Assembly: GCA_963700285.1 (NCBI GenBank) | Contig: CAVOXA010000006.1 | Coordinates: 64,001 to 128,000 of the forward strand | DNA: 64,000 nt | DNA from: an uncultured Chloroflexia bacterium | GTDB lineage: Bacteria; Chloroflexota; Anaerolineae; JAAYZQ01 | Direction of reading: 5' to 3' | Part shown: in pieces, positions 37,895 through 47,653 of the stretch | How positions within the stretch are numbered: the stretch's first letter is position 1 | How the letters are laid out: every line of letters starts with the position of its first letter | Position numbers and translations under genes: made by a program | Notes under the pieces: generated by a model | Seen by the model: only the letters and a program-made list of their open reading frames with translations | The model's database searches: none | What the model was told of the DNA's origin: nothing

Positions 37895-39238
37895 CTATGG
37901 CCGCGGGCCCAGGATCGCGTCGGCCGGCATGCCTGGCTTGAGCAGGTAGTCCGAGTTTGGCAATTGTACCTTTACCGCGAATACCATGTTCACTCGCTCT
38001 TTTTCCGTCTGCACGTTCTTTGGAGTGAATTCGGCCTGTTGGGCAATGTGCGAAACGGTTCCGGTGAACACCTGGCCGGGAAAAGAGTCGACGCTCACCT
38101 CCACCGCCTGCCCCAGGAACACCCGTCCCAACTCATCCTCGGGCACATAGATCGTCAGGTGGACCGGGTCCAGGTTGGCCACGGTCAGCAGCGTCGCCCC
38201 GGGCAGAGCGACCTCGGCCGCATGGGCGGAACGGCTTGTGATCAGCCCGTCTATCGGCGCGCGCAGGATCATTTTGGCGAGCTGGGCCTCCAGTGCTGAG
38301 ACGCCCGCCTGGGCCTGAACCACCAGGGCCTCTGCCACGGCCACGTCCTCCGGCGCGGGGCCGGCTTTCAGCTCGGCCACTCGAGCCTCTGCCACCTCTA
38401 CCCCCGACTCGGCGACCTGGGCGTTGGCCTCGGCCTGATCTACCAGGCTGGCGATGGCCAAGGGCTCATTCCTCAGCGCCCTGAGCGCCGCCAGCGTCTT
38501 TTCGGCGCCGGTCTTGTCGGCCTGGGCCACCTCCAGCCCCGCCTGCGCTGCCTGTACCTGAAAATCATAGACGCGGTACAGCCCTTTTTCCTCCATCGAG
38601 CCCTGGCCGTGGTAGGGGTATCTCATGGCCTCCGCCCTGGCGATCTCCGCCCGGGCCTGTTCGATCTGAGTCTCGGCCAGATCCACAGCGGCCCTGGCCT
38701 CCACGATCTGGGACTGGATCTCCTGGGGGTTATCGAGCAAGGTCCGGGCGTCCAGAACCGCCGAGCGGGCGGCGTCCCGTTCGGCCTCAGCCTGGAGCAG
38801 CATCGCCTCGGCTGCCAGGATCTGCGCGGGATGGACGCCAGCCTGGACATTGGCCAGGTTGGCCTGGGCCACTGCTACCGCCGCCCCAGCCTGGGCCAAC
38901 TGAGCCTGGAGCGAGCTGGTGTCCAATTCGACAAGCACCTCATGCTGTTCGACCGCGTCGCCTTCCTCGGCATCCAGGCGCACGATCCTGCCGCCAAACT
39001 CAGAGACAACGGCTACCTCGTCCCCCTCGATGCTGCCTGAGGCGATGAGGGCCTCGTCTTCCGCTGCCACAGCCTGCCCACCGATGGAGGCCACGAATGC
39101 CTCGGCCCGGCTGGCCTGCAAACCGCCGTCGATCAGGAACTGCGTAGCCTGCTCCGGCGCATTCTGCACCCACCACCAGCCCCCGGCTAAGGCTGCCACT
39201 ACAATGAGTATCGAAATGATAATGAGCCCACGTTTCAT
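37895..39238 (-). CDS. HlyD-family (YbhG-like) efflux membrane fusion protein
   Basis: N-terminal TM, ASGSIE, long Ala/Gln coiled coil, APIDG, AEFTPKNVQT..ER...VFAVKV, LKPGMPADA. Confidence 0.93.
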   Translation of the reverse strand: MKRGLIIISILIVVAALAGGWWWVQNAPEQATQFLIDGGLQASRAEAFVASIGGQAVAAEDEALIASGSIEGDEVAVVSEFGGRIVRLDAEEGDAVEQHEVLVELDTSSLQAQLAQAGAAVAVAQANLANVQAGVHPAQILAAEAMLLQAEAERDAARSAVLDARTLLDNPQEIQSQIVEARAAVDLAETQIEQARAEIARAEAMRYPYHGQGSMEEKGLYRVYDFQVQAAQAGLEVAQADKTGAEKTLAALRALRNEPLAIASLVDQAEANAQVAESGVEVAEARVAELKAGPAPEDVAVAEALVVQAQAGVSALEAQLAKMILRAPIDGLITSRSAHAAEVALPGATLLTVANLDPVHLTIYVPEDELGRVFLGQAVEVSVDSFPGQVFTGTVSHIAQQAEFTPKNVQTEKERVNMVFAVKVQLPNSDYLLKPGMPADAILGPRP

Positions 39239-39251
39239 GTTTTTCCCCTGC

Positions 39252-40652
39252 TCACTGCTCTGTCAGGATCACGGCATCGGCTGGCATACCCGGCTTGAGC
39301 GCGTGGTCGTCGTTTGGCAGTTTCACCTTTACGGCAAAAACCATGTTCACCCGCTCCTCACGGGTCTGCACGTTCTTGGGCGTAAACTCGGCCTGGCTGG
39401 CGATAAAGCCAACCGTACCCGGAAAGGTACGGTCCGGGTAGGCATCCACGGTGACCGAGACCGTCTGCCCAATCTGTACCAGGCCTACCTCGTCCTCTGG
39501 CACAAAGATGGTCAGCGTCATGTTTTCCAGGTCGGCCAGGGTCGCCAGAGGCGCCCCGGGGACAGCGAGTTCCCCGACGTGGGCAGGCATCTCCAGCACC
39601 AGGCCGGAGATGGGTGCTGGCAGCACCAGCTTTTCCACCTGCACCTCCAGCAGGTCCAGCGCGGCGCGCGCCACCTCGACCTGTGCACCAACGGCGGCGA
39701 TCTGCTCCGGCGTGGCCCCAATCTCCAAACCTTCAACCTGGGTCTCGGCCAATCGAACTCCCGAGGTGGCTATCTCGTACCAGGACTCGGCGGCATTTGC
39801 GGCGGCTTGCAGGGCCACCGGGTTGGCTCGCTGTCGCTGCAGTTCAGCCAGGTACTGCGCGGCGCCCTTTTGGGCCGCCTTGGCCTGGTCCAGCCCGGTC
39901 CAGGCCACCCAAGAGTCGTAGGTTGAGATGGCCTGCTGCTGTTCAGTCTTCAGCCTGACGTCGGCCGGCAGCTTGACGCGATACTCAGAGCCGCCTACGG
40001 GAATATTGAACGGCTCAAAATCCTCCACCATGCGAGCGGCCTGATCGGCCAGGTCACGGCCAGCCTGGGCCGAATTGGCCAGCGCCTCCACCTGCTTGGT
40101 GCGCAGGTTCAGGCTCGCGACGCGAGCCCGTGCCGCCGTAATGGCCAGATCCAGTTCCTGGGGATTGTCTCGCAAGCGTTGGGCATCCTCCCAGGCCACG
40201 AGGGCGGCCTGCTGGGCAGCCCGGGCCTGTTCCAACTGTGCCCGGGCGTGGGCCAGCGTCTCCTGGCGCACGCCAGCTTTCACCTGGGCCAGGGTTGCCG
40301 CCTTCACACCCAGATCCGCCTGGGCCATCTCAATCTGGGCCTGGAGCAACGCGTCATCCAGCTCCACCAGCGTGGCGCCCGCGGTAACCTCATCGCCTTC
40401 GCCGGCATAGAGGGCCACGATGCGCCCTGCTAGCTCGGTCGTCACCGAAGCCTCGTCGGCCTCCACGAAACCCGAGGCGACAATACCTGGCGGCTCTACT
40501 TCAGGCTCCAAACCCAGCTCTTGAACTGCGCCGTCCAATACTTCTCGAGCCTGGAGCAGTAGCGTGGGGTTTTCGTTGGCGTACCACCAACCTGCCGCCA
40601 CTGCAGCCGCCACTACGACACAGACAACCGCTATCACAATCGCACGTTTCAT
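39252..40652 (-). CDS. HlyD-family (YbhG-like) efflux membrane fusion protein, paralog 2
   Basis: Same motifs: ASGFVE, APISG, AEFTPKNVQTREERVNMVFAVKV, LKPGMPADA. Confidence 0.93.
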   Translation of the reverse strand: MKRAIVIAVVCVVVAAAVAAGWWYANENPTLLLQAREVLDGAVQELGLEPEVEPPGIVASGFVEADEASVTTELAGRIVALYAGEGDEVTAGATLVELDDALLQAQIEMAQADLGVKAATLAQVKAGVRQETLAHARAQLEQARAAQQAALVAWEDAQRLRDNPQELDLAITAARARVASLNLRTKQVEALANSAQAGRDLADQAARMVEDFEPFNIPVGGSEYRVKLPADVRLKTEQQQAISTYDSWVAWTGLDQAKAAQKGAAQYLAELQRQRANPVALQAAANAAESWYEIATSGVRLAETQVEGLEIGATPEQIAAVGAQVEVARAALDLLEVQVEKLVLPAPISGLVLEMPAHVGELAVPGAPLATLADLENMTLTIFVPEDEVGLVQIGQTVSVTVDAYPDRTFPGTVGFIASQAEFTPKNVQTREERVNMVFAVKVKLPNDDHALKPGMPADAVILTEQ

Positions 40653-40674
40653 GAGCTACCCCTACACAAGAGAG

Positions 40675-41643
40675 TTACCCCTCATCTTTTGGCGCTCGGA
40701 CACTGGAGATAAAGACGTCCTCCAGCGACGGCACAATCGCATCCATCGTTCGCACACCTACTCCTGCCCGGGCCAGCAAGCCCTCGATCTTGGGCATAAG
40801 CGGCACCACGTCAGGGGCGACAGCGTGGATCAGCGCGCCATACAGCGCCACTTCTTCAAAGACGCCCATGTCCCGCAGCACCGGAAGGGCCAGGGCGGGG
40901 TCGCTGCAGTCGATCTCTAGCACCTGCCCCCGCATCCTGGTCTCCTTGATCTCTGCGGGCGAGCCTTGAGCCACAATGCGGCCATGCTGGATAAAAGCCA
41001 GATTCTGGCAGTGTTCGGCCTCGTCCATATAGTGTGTCGTGACCATGATGGTCGTACCTTCTCCGGCCAGTTCGTACAGCAGGTCCCAAAAGGCGCGGCG
41101 GGAGATCGGGTCCACGCCGGCGGTTGGCTCATCCAGAAAGAGCATCTCCGGCTCGTGAATGATGGCTGAGCCCAGGGCCAGGCGCTGCTTCCATCCTCCT
41201 GACAGGTTTCGCGCCAGCTCCCGCCCGCGCCCTTCGAGGCCGGCCATCTCTAGCACAAACTGCTTGCGAACCCGAAGTTGCCTGCGCCCCAGGCCGTAGG
41301 TCCGCCCATAGAAGTTCAGGTTCTCGTCCACAGTCAGGTCGTCATACAGGCTAAAGCGCTGTGACATGTAGCCGATGCGCTTTTTCACCTCGCTGACCTG
41401 CCTCACGATGTCATAGCCCAGCACTGTCGCCCCGCCCGTTGTCGGCTTTAGCAGGCCCAGGAGCATCCGGATCGTCGTCGTCTTGCCCGCACCGTTGGGG
41501 CCCAGGAAACCAAAGATGGCGCCCCGCTCGATGGTAAAGCTGACGCGGTCCACAGCGACAAAGTCGCCGAACTCTTTTGTCAGTTCGACGGCCTGCACGG
41601 CGTGATCGTTGGCCCTTGCTTGTCCATTATCGTTCTGTGCCAT
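40675..41643 (-). CDS. ABC transporter ATP-binding protein
   Basis: GPNGAGKTT, GYMSQRFSLY, LSGGWKQR, DEPTAGVDP, THYMDEAE. Confidence 0.95.
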   Translation of the reverse strand: MAQNDNGQARANDHAVQAVELTKEFGDFVAVDRVSFTIERGAIFGFLGPNGAGKTTTIRMLLGLLKPTTGGATVLGYDIVRQVSEVKKRIGYMSQRFSLYDDLTVDENLNFYGRTYGLGRRQLRVRKQFVLEMAGLEGRGRELARNLSGGWKQRLALGSAIIHEPEMLFLDEPTAGVDPISRRAFWDLLYELAGEGTTIMVTTHYMDEAEHCQNLAFIQHGRIVAQGSPAEIKETRMRGQVLEIDCSDPALALPVLRDMGVFEEVALYGALIHAVAPDVVPLMPKIEGLLARAGVGVRTMDAIVPSLEDVFISSVRAPKDEG

Positions 41644-41702
41644 TGTGCATCGATCCTGGCGCCCATTGCCGGGCGCCGTCCGTTCTAACCAGGTACAAGC
41701 AC

Positions 41703-42725
41703 CTATTCCTGTGGCTCCTCTGGCTGCCCACCGTTGGGGGCAAGCACAGGTGCCAGATCGGGCGCATCCATCTCTTTGCGTACCAGCGAAATGAATGCCT
41801 CCTCCATCCGGGGCCTGGTCTGGCGAATGCCGATGACCCCGATGCCCTCCGCCTGGAGCGCGCCAAGCAATGGCTCCCGGCATTCGGCCGCGCTGTCCAC
41901 AAAGACGTGGAGCAGATCGCCGTAGGTCTGGACCTCCAGCACGCCATCTAGCTGACTGACCGCTTCCTCAGCCCGGCGCAGATCCAGAGTTCGTAGCTCC
42001 ATCAATTCGCCAGGTACCAGACTCTTGATCTGGGCCGGTGTGTCGCAGACAATGATCCTGCCCTCGTACATCAGGCCCACGCGCGAGCAGCGCTCCGCCT
42101 CATCCATGTAGGGCGTACTGACAAAGATGGTGATGCCCTGCAGGTGCAGGTCCGACAGAATGTCCCAGAATTCCCGGCGGCTCACCGGGTCCACGCCGGT
42201 GGTCGGCTCGTCCAGAAAGATCACCTCTGGCTCGTGAATGAGTGTGCAGGCCAGGGCCAGCTTTTTCTGCATACCACCGGACAGATGTGCCGCCCTTCTC
42301 TTTCGGAACTCGGTAAGATCTGCAAAGCGCAGCAAGCGTTCCTTGCGCTCCCGGCGCTCGCGGCCCCGTACCTGAAAGACATCGGCGAAAAAGTCCAGGT
42401 TCTCTGTCACCGACAGATCGCCGTAGAGGTTGAAGCGTTGGGCCATGTATCCAATGCGGCGCTTGATCTGCTCCGGTTCGGAGACTGTATCAAAGCCGGC
42501 CACCTTGGCCCAGCCCCCCGTGGGATCCATGATGGCGCACAACATGCGGATGGTGGTCGTTTTTCCGGCGCCATCAGGCCCGACCAGGCCAAAGATCTCG
42601 CCCCGCCTCACTGCCAGGCTTAACCCATCCACCGCCGTGACGCTCTTGAAGCGCCGGCTCAGATTGTCCATCTCGATGACCGGGTCGTCTATCGCCATTT
42701 CTGGTTCCACTGACAGGTTCTCCAT
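41703..42725 (-). CDS. ABC transporter ATP-binding protein
   Basis: GPDGAGKTT, LSGGMQKK, DEPTTGVDP, STPYMDEAE. Confidence 0.95.
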   Translation of the reverse strand: MENLSVEPEMAIDDPVIEMDNLSRRFKSVTAVDGLSLAVRRGEIFGLVGPDGAGKTTTIRMLCAIMDPTGGWAKVAGFDTVSEPEQIKRRIGYMAQRFNLYGDLSVTENLDFFADVFQVRGRERRERKERLLRFADLTEFRKRRAAHLSGGMQKKLALACTLIHEPEVIFLDEPTTGVDPVSRREFWDILSDLHLQGITIFVSTPYMDEAERCSRVGLMYEGRIIVCDTPAQIKSLVPGELMELRTLDLRRAEEAVSQLDGVLEVQTYGDLLHVFVDSAAECREPLLGALQAEGIGVIGIRQTRPRMEEAFISLVRKEMDAPDLAPVLAPNGGQPEEPQE

Positions 42726-42746
42726 TCGGCTATCGGCCCACAGCCC

Positions 42747-43883
42747 TCAAGGTGCCTCGATCTCTGCGGAAGCGAATATCCGGATGGGCGGCGACGCCAG
42801 GATCGCGCCTTCCGGGCACTGTTTCACGCAGGCCGTGCACTGCTCACAAGCTTCCGGATCCGCCACCCATGCCTTCTGGCGGCCGTCCAGATGGTACAAC
42901 TCAAAAACCGCCTTGGGACAGACCTCCACACAGGTCAGACAGCCTCTGCAAGCCGAACGATCCACCTGCAAGGCAAAATGCTCGTCCAGATCGTAGCCGA
43001 ACTTGGCCCAGATCTTGAGCACCCAGGGCCACTTGCGGCCCCAGAAGGCTACGGTGGAACCGGCGTACAGCGGGCTAGATCCGTCGAGGTCAAAACCCAG
43101 GATCAAAGCCACGGCCAGAATGGTCAGGCTCCAGCCCACGATACTTGCCGGCGTCCAGTTGCCAAGCAACAGCCCGTAGGCCGTGACGCCGGCAACGCCA
43201 ACAAGGCCCAGCAGCAACGTCTTGACCAGGCCCACCGCTCCCGGCACCAGGTGCATCACCGGTTCGTAGAAGACAAAAACGAGGAGCGTAAAACCCCATA
43301 TCACGGCCAGAACGCCGGGCAGCGAGCCCAGAGCAAAAATGGCCAGCGGGATAGCGGCCACGATGGACATGGGCGTGGCCCACATGACCGCCATCTCCAA
43401 CCTAGCGCCCAGGGGGTACCTGGCCTGGCGCATGGCCTCCGTTTTCTGATACCCGGCTGCCACATAGTCGGGGATATCCCGAGCGTAGGCCGGCCCAAAG
43501 CGGCACCGCCAGCCGGTCTCCTCCTCCACGCGCACCACGTCAATGCCCGGCGCCGAAAACTGGGGCAAGACCAGGGTCCTGTGCTCCACCTTCTCGGCGA
43601 TGCCGCTGGTCTTTAGGACTGACGTGACCGAATGGGCATTGAGCATGCCCCCACCGGAGGCGCACCAGACGTTGATGCCCTTGCTGGGCGCAACCAACAG
43701 ATAGCAGTCCAGCCCCTTGAGCGCCCGTGTGACACGGATGACCGTCAGCTCAAAATTGCAGGTGAGCAAGACGGGCGAGCCCGGTCCCGGCCGGCCAATG
43801 ACGCGCAGCCCGGTCTCGGTCGAAAACGGGAAGAAGCGGAACATGGTCTGAATGATCGTTTTGACAGCATCAGTTACTATCAC
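42747..43883 (-). CDS. Fused HgcAB-like protein: CdhD/HgcA-type corrinoid-binding domain, ~4 TM helices, 2x[4Fe-4S] ferredoxin
   Basis: SPVLLTCNFELT, cap helix GINVWCASGGG, HR.LVLPQ.SAPG, GW...FGP.YARDIP.Y; TM block; CRGCLTCVEVCP and CEQCTACVKQCP. GTG start after a GAAGGGAG RBS. Confidence 0.9.
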   Translation of the reverse strand: MIVTDAVKTIIQTMFRFFPFSTETGLRVIGRPGPGSPVLLTCNFELTVIRVTRALKGLDCYLLVAPSKGINVWCASGGGMLNAHSVTSVLKTSGIAEKVEHRTLVLPQFSAPGIDVVRVEEETGWRCRFGPAYARDIPDYVAAGYQKTEAMRQARYPLGARLEMAVMWATPMSIVAAIPLAIFALGSLPGVLAVIWGFTLLVFVFYEPVMHLVPGAVGLVKTLLLGLVGVAGVTAYGLLLGNWTPASIVGWSLTILAVALILGFDLDGSSPLYAGSTVAFWGRKWPWVLKIWAKFGYDLDEHFALQVDRSACRGCLTCVEVCPKAVFELYHLDGRQKAWVADPEACEQCTACVKQCPEGAILASPPIRIFASAEIEAP

Positions 43884-44601
43884 TTTGACGGCTCCCTTCT
43901 GGACCGCCCCGGTCGTGCGCCCGCCCTGCCTCGATGGCGCCGGCGGGTTGGGCGGGGACGGCAACAACCAAGGTCAGCGTCCCACCCAGATACTGCCTGC
44001 GGTCCGTGATTTGAAAGCCAGATCCTGCCAGTCTCACCGCCAGGCCCGAGACCTGGCGCGTCGTATTCTGTGTCAGCACAAAGGCCAGGGCCGCAAAGGG
44101 CAGGCGCAAAAGAAAGCTCCCCACGCGTCCTGGAAATGAATCGGGCAACACCTCGTCCGCAATCATGAGGCACCCGCCGGGTCGCAGGATGCGACGGCAC
44201 TGGGCCAGCGTGTAGCCAATCTCGTCCCCTGAGAGTTCACTGAAGACCAGAGAGCTGACGACAGCGTCGAAACTGCCATCGGCAAAGGCAGTATCCAGAT
44301 CGACAGCGCCCATCTCTCGCAGGGACACAAGGTCCGCCAGGCCCGCTTCCCGCACGCGCCGGCTCGCCTGGGCCAGCATCGCCGGCGAGACGTCGATGCC
44401 AGTGACCTGGCATCCCTGCCTGGCCAATCGGAGGGCCAGAGAGCCCGTGCCGCAGCCCACGTCCAGCACCCGGTCACCTGGATCTAGGCGGGCTGCTATG
44501 TCGCTGTATACCCGCTCCAGCCTACCGGCCGTCAGCAGCCGCATCCCCCGGTCGTACCGGTACGGAGCCGTCTCTAGGACTCTCATGTACACGTAGGACA
44601 T
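43870..44601 (-). CDS. Class I SAM-dependent methyltransferase, resembling the corrinoid-protein-associated (CpaM-like) type
   Basis: VLDVGCGTG, GIDVS..ML, FDAVVS, LRPGG..MIADE; N-terminus MSYVYMRVLE.AP.RYDRG; overlaps the hgcAB-like start by 14 nt. Confidence 0.85.
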   Translation of the reverse strand: MSYVYMRVLETAPYRYDRGMRLLTAGRLERVYSDIAARLDPGDRVLDVGCGTGSLALRLARQGCQVTGIDVSPAMLAQASRRVREAGLADLVSLREMGAVDLDTAFADGSFDAVVSSLVFSELSGDEIGYTLAQCRRILRPGGCLMIADEVLPDSFPGRVGSFLLRLPFAALAFVLTQNTTRQVSGLAVRLAGSGFQITDRRQYLGGTLTLVVAVPAQPAGAIEAGRAHDRGGPEGSRQSDSN

Positions 44602-44617
44602 CTCAGGAATGAATCTC

Positions 44618-45739
44618 CTAACCTAACCGCTTGCGAAACCGAGCCGCCGACAGGAGCAAGATCGCTACCCCAAAAACCATCATGGCTACCACCTGGGGAT
44701 ACAAGATCTCGAGTCCGACTCCTTTGAGAAATATACCCCGGATAACGACCAACATGTAGCGCAGTGGTACCACGTAGGCAAAGACCTGCAGCCAACCAGG
44801 CATGGCCTCAATGGGAAAGAAAAAGCCTGCCAGGAAGATGGCCGGAAGCATCGTGAGCCAGGTCAACAGCATCGCCTCCTGCTGCGTGTTGGCCACCGTC
44901 GAAATAAAGATGCCAATGCCCAAGGACGTCAGCAAAAAAAGAGCTGACAGACCCAGTAATAGCCCCAGGCTGCCGCGTATCGGCACCCCGAACCAATAGA
45001 CCCCCAGAGCCAGTACCTCCAGAACACCGATAAATGAGACCACAGCATAGGGCACGACCTTGCCTATGATCAGTTCCAGCGAACGAATGGGCGTCACGAT
45101 CAGTTGCTCGATGGTGCCATTCTCCCGTTCGCGGACGATAGCCTGCGCCGTAAAGAGTGCTGTCAGGAAATAGAGGATCATGCCAATGATACCCGGGATC
45201 ATGAAATTCGCACTCTTCATCTCCGGGTTGTACCAGACCCTGGGCCGGACCTGTACGCCGGGCATCGAGTCTGGCTCGATGCCCGTGGTTCGCTCCAGCA
45301 CCTCCATCGAGTAGGCCTGCCCCACCGCCTGCGAGGCGGAAAACACGGTGCTGGCCACACTGGGATCCGAGCCATCAATCACAAAAGCAATCTGGCTCTG
45401 GCCCCCGGCCGCCAGCTTCTCACCATAGCCCGCAGGGATGATCACGCCAGCCCGCACCTTGCCAGCGTCCACCAGGTAGGCCAGTTCGCGCTGTGACCCG
45501 GCGTCAGCGATCACATCAAAGTACTGTGAAGCCTTGTAGGCCTCGATGAGATCGCGGCTTGCCGCCGATTTGTCCTGATCCAGGACCGCCGTACGAAGCT
45601 GGGCGATGTCCGTGGTGGCGGCATAACCCATCAGAAGCAGTTGGATGATGGGCATCAGAAGCATCACGGCCAGGGTGCGCTTGTCGCGCACGATGTGCAA
45701 AAATTCTTTGCGCATGACGGACAGCGTCCGGACGATCAT
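44618..45739 (-). CDS. ABC-2 type permease (YbhR/YbhS-like)
   Basis: KEF.HI.RD, WYNP, PG, RERE.GT.EQLIVTP, GK..PY, GFFFPIE.MP, RG..LKG. Confidence 0.93.
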   Translation of the reverse strand: MIVRTLSVMRKEFLHIVRDKRTLAVMLLMPIIQLLLMGYAATTDIAQLRTAVLDQDKSAASRDLIEAYKASQYFDVIADAGSQRELAYLVDAGKVRAGVIIPAGYGEKLAAGGQSQIAFVIDGSDPSVASTVFSASQAVGQAYSMEVLERTTGIEPDSMPGVQVRPRVWYNPEMKSANFMIPGIIGMILYFLTALFTAQAIVRERENGTIEQLIVTPIRSLELIIGKVVPYAVVSFIGVLEVLALGVYWFGVPIRGSLGLLLGLSALFLLTSLGIGIFISTVANTQQEAMLLTWLTMLPAIFLAGFFFPIEAMPGWLQVFAYVVPLRYMLVVIRGIFLKGVGLEILYPQVVAMMVFGVAILLLSAARFRKRLG

Positions 45740-45742
45740 GGT

Positions 45743-46378
45743 CTATTCCCCACTTCCGGGCCGCAGGCCGTCAAACAGCAGTGTTGCCTGGACCTCGGGC
45801 ACCTCGTGCCACCTCGACCGGAGCGGCTCGTCGTCGAGGATGCGCAGGAAGAGCAAACCGATAATCATCGCCTGCACGACACGTACCGTCAAAGGCACAT
45901 CGACCGGCCGGATGTGCCCCAGGTCGATCTGCGCCTGAAAATAGGGTTCCAGGAGCGACGAAATGCGCGAAACGTACTGCTGGTAGAACTGCTGGCGCAG
46001 CTCGGCGTTGACGAAAACCTCCGGCAGGACCGCCTGAAGCATTTCCTGCCCTTCCTGCATACGACCCATGCGCTCCCGGAGCGCAGCGGCAAAGAACGTT
46101 TTGACGTCACCATGCAGAGATTGCATCAACTCGCCAGGCAACCGCTCTAGCTCGGCGATGCGGGACATGATGACCACGAGCAGATGGAGCTTGTTGTCGA
46201 AATAGTTATAGATGGTGCCATCGGCCACGTCGGCCAGCTCGGCGATATCGCGGATGGTGGCCTGGTGAAAGCCCTTCTGGGCAAAAACCGCGGCTGCTGC
46301 GTCGAGGATCCGGGCCTCACGCTCGCGCTTTTGCCGGTCCCGCCGCGACAACGACTGATCCTCCGCTGGATTGCTCAT
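45743..46378 (-). CDS. TetR/AcrR-family transcriptional regulator
   Basis: ILDAA..VF..KGFH.AT..DIA..A.VA.GTIYNYF.NK. Confidence 0.95.
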   Translation of the reverse strand: MSNPAEDQSLSRRDRQKREREARILDAAAAVFAQKGFHQATIRDIAELADVADGTIYNYFDNKLHLLVVIMSRIAELERLPGELMQSLHGDVKTFFAAALRERMGRMQEGQEMLQAVLPEVFVNAELRQQFYQQYVSRISSLLEPYFQAQIDLGHIRPVDVPLTVRVVQAMIIGLLFLRILDDEPLRSRWHEVPEVQATLLFDGLRPGSGE

Positions 46379-46400
46379 AGGAATTGTCCTCCGGCGCTTT

Positions 46401-46434
46401 ATGAATGCTCGTTCAATATTGAATGAACATTCAT
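46401..46434. promoter_or_regulatory. Palindromic operator (probable TetR site)
   Basis: ATGAATGCTCGTTCAAT/ATTGAATGAACATTCAT, 17-bp arms with 2 mismatches, just downstream of the -10 box. Confidence 0.8.
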
Positions 46435-46435
46435 T

Positions 46436-46464
46436 ATTGTACCACACATCAGGCCGGATGTCAA
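46436..46464 (-). promoter_or_regulatory. Internal sigma70 promoter
   Basis: Minus strand TTGACA-N17-TACAAT with TG extension. Confidence 0.8.
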
Positions 46465-46523
46465 GGACAATGCAACAGCGCATGCAGCAGAAGCTGATTC
46501 TTAATGTACAATCGAGCAGCCTC

Positions 46524-47651
46524 CTATTCGAGGCGTCTCCGAAGAAAAAGGACCGTGATCACCATAATCACAAAGCCCAAGGCGGCCAGGCTGAGCAGTT
46601 CCCTCCAAAAAACCTCCACCCCTGCCCCCTTGAGCAGGATACCGCGCAAGATCAACAGCCAGTGCTTGATGGGCACAAAGTTGGCGGCGCCCCGCAGGAG
46701 CGGGGGCATGTTCTCCACGGGAAACGCATAGCCGGAAAAGATCATCTCGACCATGATCAGGGAAAAGGCCAGCATCAGCGCCTGGACCTGGGTTCTGGAC
46801 ACGGCAGAAATCATCAGCCCCCATACCATCTCGATGAGCAGGTAGAAAAAGGCAATGAGCAGCAACAAGGACCACGAGCCGCGCATCGGTATCTTGAAGA
46901 CAAAGACGACCATGGCCAGCATGACCAGAAAGTTCAGGTAGGACAGCATCAAAACCGGCAGCGCCTTGCCCAGGATCAGTTCCAGGCTGCGCAGTGGCGT
47001 GACCATAAGCTGCTCCAGTGTGCCCAGCTCCCGCTCGCGGGCGATGCCCAGGGAAGCCAGCATCAGCGCCACGCCGGCCAGCATGAAGCCCAATTCCGAC
47101 GGTACTTCATAGAGGGAGGTCTTGAGTTCCTCATTGAACCAGACGCGGACGTCCAGGCCGATGACCTCTCCCGCTCCCGCTGCCATCGGCCCCAGGCGCT
47201 CCAGCGCGATGTTCTGAGAATAGGTGGCGATGGCCCCCTCGGCGCTCATTTGCACGGCCCGCGCGGCGCTGGGGTCGGCGCCATCCAGGAGGACCTGGAT
47301 CTGGGCCGGTTTGTCGGCGCTGCGCAGCCGCTCTTCAAAGTCTGGCGGGATCAAGATGGCCACCAGGGCCGCCCCACCGTCGACCAAGGCCCGCGCCTCT
47401 TCCTCCCTCTGGACGTAGAAATCGGCGTCAATGGTCTCTGTGTTCTCCAACGCTTGAACCAGCTCCCGGCTGGAGGCCGAAAGGTCGCGGTCCACGACGG
47501 CTGCCGGGATATGCTCGATGTCGCCCGAAGTAGCCCAGGCCACCAGGGTCAACTCGGATATGGGCCCCAACAGCACGAACAACAGGATCAGCTTGTCCCG
47601 CCACAGATGGATCAGCTCTTTGACTGACAGGGTCCAAATGCGCGTTAGCAT
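46524..47651 (-). CDS. ABC-2 type permease (YbhR-like)
   Basis: [39 protein letters not shown]. Confidence 0.93.
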   Translation of the reverse strand: MLTRIWTLSVKELIHLWRDKLILLFVLLGPISELTLVAWATSGDIEHIPAAVVDRDLSASSRELVQALENTETIDADFYVQREEEARALVDGGAALVAILIPPDFEERLRSADKPAQIQVLLDGADPSAARAVQMSAEGAIATYSQNIALERLGPMAAGAGEVIGLDVRVWFNEELKTSLYEVPSELGFMLAGVALMLASLGIARERELGTLEQLMVTPLRSLELILGKALPVLMLSYLNFLVMLAMVVFVFKIPMRGSWSLLLLIAFFYLLIEMVWGLMISAVSRTQVQALMLAFSLIMVEMIFSGYAFPVENMPPLLRGAANFVPIKHWLLILRGILLKGAGVEVFWRELLSLAALGFVIMVITVLFLRRRLE

Positions 47652-47653
47652 GG

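Noticed and set aside
42747-43883. Bona fide mercury methylation genes hgcA/hgcB
   Set aside because: Fused architecture, cap helix lacking the GK motif and no C-terminal HgcB cysteines; Hg methylation cannot be claimed from this sequence.
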